Assembly (NCBI GenBank): GCA_016194325.1
Contig: JACQBS010000044.1
Location: 1 to 51,143 of the forward strand
DNA: 51,143 bases
DNA from: Nitrospinota bacterium
GTDB lineage: Bacteria > Nitrospinota > Nitrospinia > UBA9942
Direction of reading: 5' to 3'
Under the pieces are notes generated by a model. The model was not told the origin of the DNA, made no database searches, and was given only the letters and a program-made list of their open reading frames with translations. Below, piece after piece: positions 47,747 to 51,143 of this stretch. A program made the position numbers and the translations under genes. How positions within the stretch are numbered: position 1 is the stretch's first letter; every line of letters begins with the position of its first letter.

Positions 47747-47855
47747 TTTGCCACAGACTTTCACTGACTAAATACTTAAAAAGAGAATTAGAAATTAGCG
47801 AATAAGCAAATTAGCCTGTTTTCTATTGATTCAGTCTGTGAAAATCTGTGGCAAA
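47747..47855. repeat. Nested hairpin element between the two tRNAs
   Basis: tttgccacagactttcactgact ... agtctgtgaaaatctgtggcaaa with an inner aattag(a/c) array. Confidence 0.8.
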
Positions 47856-47867
47856 AAAGTTTTTTTG

Positions 47868-47942
<75 letters not shown>

Positions 47943-47989
47943 CACTTAACTAACAACTAATTGTGGTTAGTTATAAGTTGTCGGTGAGT

Positions 47990-49672
47990 TTATAGTTCCA
48001 TTTTTTTAAGTGCCTTAGTTCCCAGAATCATAGGTATAAAGGTTGCTGCAAGGGACAGGAGAAATATAAGGGCATAGCAGATGTATATCTCTATTCCTCC
48101 GATATTATAGAAGAGAAATCTTTTGTAGAAATGGACATATACAGGCCTTGATTCCAACACCACAATCACCCCTATGAAGATAAAGCTCATTATCATGTAA
48201 AGGATTCCGCCAGTGCTCATTGCAACCTCTGCAATATTTTCGTATTTAAAGACAGGATATATTGTCCCCATCCCTATCCCCATCCCAACAAGCCCTGCTG
48301 TTATGAGGAATATGGAAATTATAGATATTGCCATTATGTAACTATCAGCATCTAAAAATAAGTTGGATACTATTACCAGAATTTCAGCCAGAATTAGCAG
48401 CGGGATAAAATACATCCAGAATTTCTCCCACAGAAATTTTTTAAAGTCTATTGGCGATGAATAGATAGCCCAGAAATATTTACCCTCAAGACTCACAGCA
48501 GTGAAAACGAATCTGACAGCAATTGCAGAAAGGACAACACCTGCAAGCCCATGATTTAGCACAGAGGTAAGGTTTTTCAAGAATAAACTATCCAAAGGCA
48601 AATTTCTTATATTGAACACATAGACAATTACAAGTGCACCAAGCATGAACAACTGCGACCACTGGGCAGTATCCCTGAAAAATAGTTTTATGTCCTTCAT
48701 AAATAGGTTCTTCTGTACTGTAAATAACTTTTTGAGAAATCTTTCTATTACTATATAGAAAACAGGCTCTCTCCTTCTCTTTGAAGTTTTAAAAGATTCA
48801 TGTGCAGATGCCCAGCCTGCATGGTATATCTTCTTTGAAGATAAAACCACCAAAACAAAAAATAGGAAGGCTATTAAAAATAAATAGAATATATAAGTAA
48901 TTGAGGAGTCAATCATCCCATTAGCACCATTTATAATTGCCTTCGCAGCCCATGAGCTTGGAAGGAGAGGATAATCTGGAACCTTAAGACCCTCAACAAA
49001 TTGGACTATCACATCATCAGGGACATCCTTTCCAAGAAGCACCTCAGGTTTTAAAAATCTGAAAAACATTACAAGTCCAGCACCGAAGATTAGCCCTAAG
49101 AATGTCATTACCTGATATGTCTTCTTTGCAGGAAAGAATCTCATGAGAAGCATTGTAATTAAAACACCAATAGCGGCCGGTATTACAATAAATGGCAATA
49201 TGACAGGAATGAGGAGAAGATAATAAGACAGGCTGGCATTATATACAACTCCATATGCAGTAAATATTGGAAGGCCGAATATCAGAATCATCCATGAACT
49301 GTTTATTGCAGTCTGTAAGAATTTTGATATGAATACTGTTGATATTTTAAATGGAAAAGACATGAGCAATTCCAAATCGGAAGATAGATAGATAGTAGAT
49401 ATGGCTGTGATTACATTGGAAAATAAGAGCATGGAGAGGAAGGTAAGAAATATTATGCTTAGCAACTGAGTTATAAGGAGTTCTCCAACATCAAGCGGCA
49501 GTCTGTAGAGATAAGTTATTATCCGATAGAAAAAGATGTAATCGCCAATAACGAATAGAAGGGCTAATGTAAAGAGAATAGATAACTTGAAAAGCTTCTT
49601 CCTGAACCCATATACAATACTGTTGTGGATTATTGTGCTGCGGAGTTTAAGGATTTGAAGGAGTTGAGTCAT
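47990..49672 (-). CDS. Putative ABC-2-type exporter permease
   Basis: About 12 TM helices; LYLSSDL-like motif, LPSSW, KDIKLFFRD..QWSQ, SLEGK. Confidence 0.85.
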   Translation of the reverse strand: MTQLLQILKLRSTIIHNSIVYGFRKKLFKLSILFTLALLFVIGDYIFFYRIITYLYRLPLDVGELLITQLLSIIFLTFLSMLLFSNVITAISTIYLSSDLELLMSFPFKISTVFISKFLQTAINSSWMILIFGLPIFTAYGVVYNASLSYYLLLIPVILPFIVIPAAIGVLITMLLMRFFPAKKTYQVMTFLGLIFGAGLVMFFRFLKPEVLLGKDVPDDVIVQFVEGLKVPDYPLLPSSWAAKAIINGANGMIDSSITYIFYLFLIAFLFFVLVVLSSKKIYHAGWASAHESFKTSKRRREPVFYIVIERFLKKLFTVQKNLFMKDIKLFFRDTAQWSQLFMLGALVIVYVFNIRNLPLDSLFLKNLTSVLNHGLAGVVLSAIAVRFVFTAVSLEGKYFWAIYSSPIDFKKFLWEKFWMYFIPLLILAEILVIVSNLFLDADSYIMAISIISIFLITAGLVGMGIGMGTIYPVFKYENIAEVAMSTGGILYMIMSFIFIGVIVVLESRPVYVHFYKRFLFYNIGGIEIYICYALIFLLSLAATFIPMILGTKALKKMEL

Positions 49673-49873
49673 TTTTCTTAGTCTTTTCTTTCTGTCGGTT
49701 CAATTTTAGAAACTTTTTTTTAATTATATATGCCCAGCAAATAATTTCAACAGAATTTTATGTCAGGAGATTAAGATAACGACAAACCCTTGACTTTAAT
49801 ATCATATCCTTTCATAATTAGTTTTAATGAGTTTATCCGCAGAATTATATGAGTAAACATATCAACATATTTT

Positions 49874-50296
49874 ATGGAAAGAAACAAACTTAAAAAATTA
49901 TCCGAGCATCTTGGCAAATATCCTGTCATACTGGCATACCTCTTTGGGTCTGAGGCAAAAGGCAAATCGGGTCCTTTAAGCGATATAGACATTGCCCTGT
50001 TTATTGATAAAGGCATTAGCAGAGAAGAGCGATTTGACCTGCGGCTCAGGGTATCAAATGAATTATCGTCAATCATGGGTGTAATGGTTGACCTTGTTAT
50101 ATTAAACGATGCACCCATACAGCTTTCTTTTGAAATCATAAAGAATGGAAAATTAATATCTTGCAGTAATAAAGAGACTAAGGTCGATATGGAGGTAGAG
50201 ATACTATCCAGATATCTTGATAGAAGATATTATGATAAAAGACATGCAGAACTGACTCTGGAGAAGATAGCGGCAGGAGGATTTCAATCCCCATGA
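49874..50296 (+). CDS. mntA: MNT nucleotidyltransferase antitoxin (MntA-like)
   Basis: YLFGSEAKG....SDIDIA (GSx10DxD), VDLVILN. Confidence 0.9.
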   Translation: MERNKLKKLSEHLGKYPVILAYLFGSEAKGKSGPLSDIDIALFIDKGISREERFDLRLRVSNELSSIMGVMVDLVILNDAPIQLSFEIIKNGKLISCSNKETKVDMEVEILSRYLDRRYYDKRHAELTLEKIAAGGFQSP

Positions 50297-50718
50297 CTAT
50301 AAAAGAAAAGATAAGCAGAAAATTAGAGAGCCTGCAAGAGTATGTGGGTTATTTGAAGGGTTACCAGAATTGCACGATAGATGAATTGAAAAGAGACCCC
50401 ACACTGAGAGGGGCAGTGGAAAGGTATCTGCATCTTTCTGCCGAATGTATTATAGATATTGCCGAGATTATGATTTCGGAGCTTAATCTCAGAAAACCTG
50501 AAGAATACAAAGAAAGCATAGATATACTTGGAAAGACGGGGATTATACCGGATGAATTTGCATTTTATTTCTCACCGGTGGCTGGTTTCAGGAATATCCT
50601 CGTCCATGAATATGCAAAGATAGATTTGACAGAAGTGCATAGACACCTTCAAAAGGACATTGGAGATTTTGAGAAGTTCTCTAAATATATCATTGATTAC
50701 CTGAATAAGACTGGTTGA
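50293..50718 (+). CDS. hepT: HEPN/DUF86 RNase toxin (HepT-like)
   Basis: GFRNILVHEY (Rx4HxY), AVERYL; ATGA overlap with the MNT gene. Confidence 0.92.
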   Translation: MTIKEKISRKLESLQEYVGYLKGYQNCTIDELKRDPTLRGAVERYLHLSAECIIDIAEIMISELNLRKPEEYKESIDILGKTGIIPDEFAFYFSPVAGFRNILVHEYAKIDLTEVHRHLQKDIGDFEKFSKYIIDYLNKTG

Positions 50719-51090
50719 TTTATAATTAAATGTTTAAGGGATTCAGTCCATTTTCTGTCATTTTTACTTTACTAATACACAAACGTTTTCATTGATTGAC
50801 TTGCGCTATGCTTTTTGTTTATGTAGAGAAAACTTGTTAACTATATAGATTATAAGGTTATGCTTTTATTCACTCAACCGACGAACCAAATTCCCCGATC
50901 ATGGAGGTCATAGCATGAAATCCGTAGACGGCAAATTCGAATCCATTCAGGATTTTTTAGTTGATTATGTTGTAAAACATAAAGGACAGGTTGACTAGAA
51001 TCTTGAGGATATACTATATTTAGTTGAAATTGAAAAAGTGGCTCCCATGTGGAATAATCCACATACCTAATAAAAAGAAAGGAGCCACAA

Positions 51091-51143
51091 ATGAAGGATA
51101 GCACAAAGAAAAGGAAAAAAGCAATAATAGGGATTCAAGCGGC
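51091..51143 (+). CDS. 5' end of an ORF running off the window (possibly a transposase)
   Basis: AAGGAG RBS then MKDSTKKRKKAIIGIQA; the RBS lies within inverted repeat GTGGCTCC/GGAGCCAC. Confidence 0.4.
   Translation, partial: MKDSTKKRKKAIIGIQA

Overview
A 51-kb, AT-rich chromosomal window from a diderm bacterium, probably an rTCA autotroph (Nitrospinota/Nitrospirota-like; inferred from ATP-citrate lyase and gene content, not demonstrated). Left to right it contains: (1) a minus-strand Wsp/ACF-type chemosensory operon (cheR-TPR, tandem cheW, MCP, cheA-REC, cheB, REC protein, partial sensor) interrupted by two four-helix-bundle genes and a vapBC pair; (2) further TA-like modules; (3) pcm, an FAD oxidoreductase, recJ, dacB, a VanZ-family gene, a single-polypeptide ATP-citrate lyase and icd; (4) a truncated DUF2294/MpsC gene behind a structured terminator-containing leader; (5) an uncharacterised cluster of AlgE-like porin, two TPR proteins, stand-alone PqqD/RRE, ATP-grasp ligase, PLP decarboxylase and urea-transporter/M23 fusion, with a divergent XRE-cupin regulator; (6) a hyfBCEFGI-like Ehr complex lacking NiFe ligands; (7) a P-type ATPase, pgsA, an OprB porin, tRNA-Gly, tRNA-Cys, an ABC permease and mntA-hepT. 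Two signals stand out. First, a pervasive family of inverted arrays of 7/8/9/10-nt tandem repeats brackets the four-helix-bundle genes, fills stop-to-start gaps and is inserted in frame in many proteins, behaving like a copied element with no visible transposase. Second, the decarboxylase next to the RRE and ATP-grasp genes begins with a lasso-leader-like YxxPxI motif and no separate precursor peptide is visible. All family assignments come from motif recognition by eye; no searches were run.
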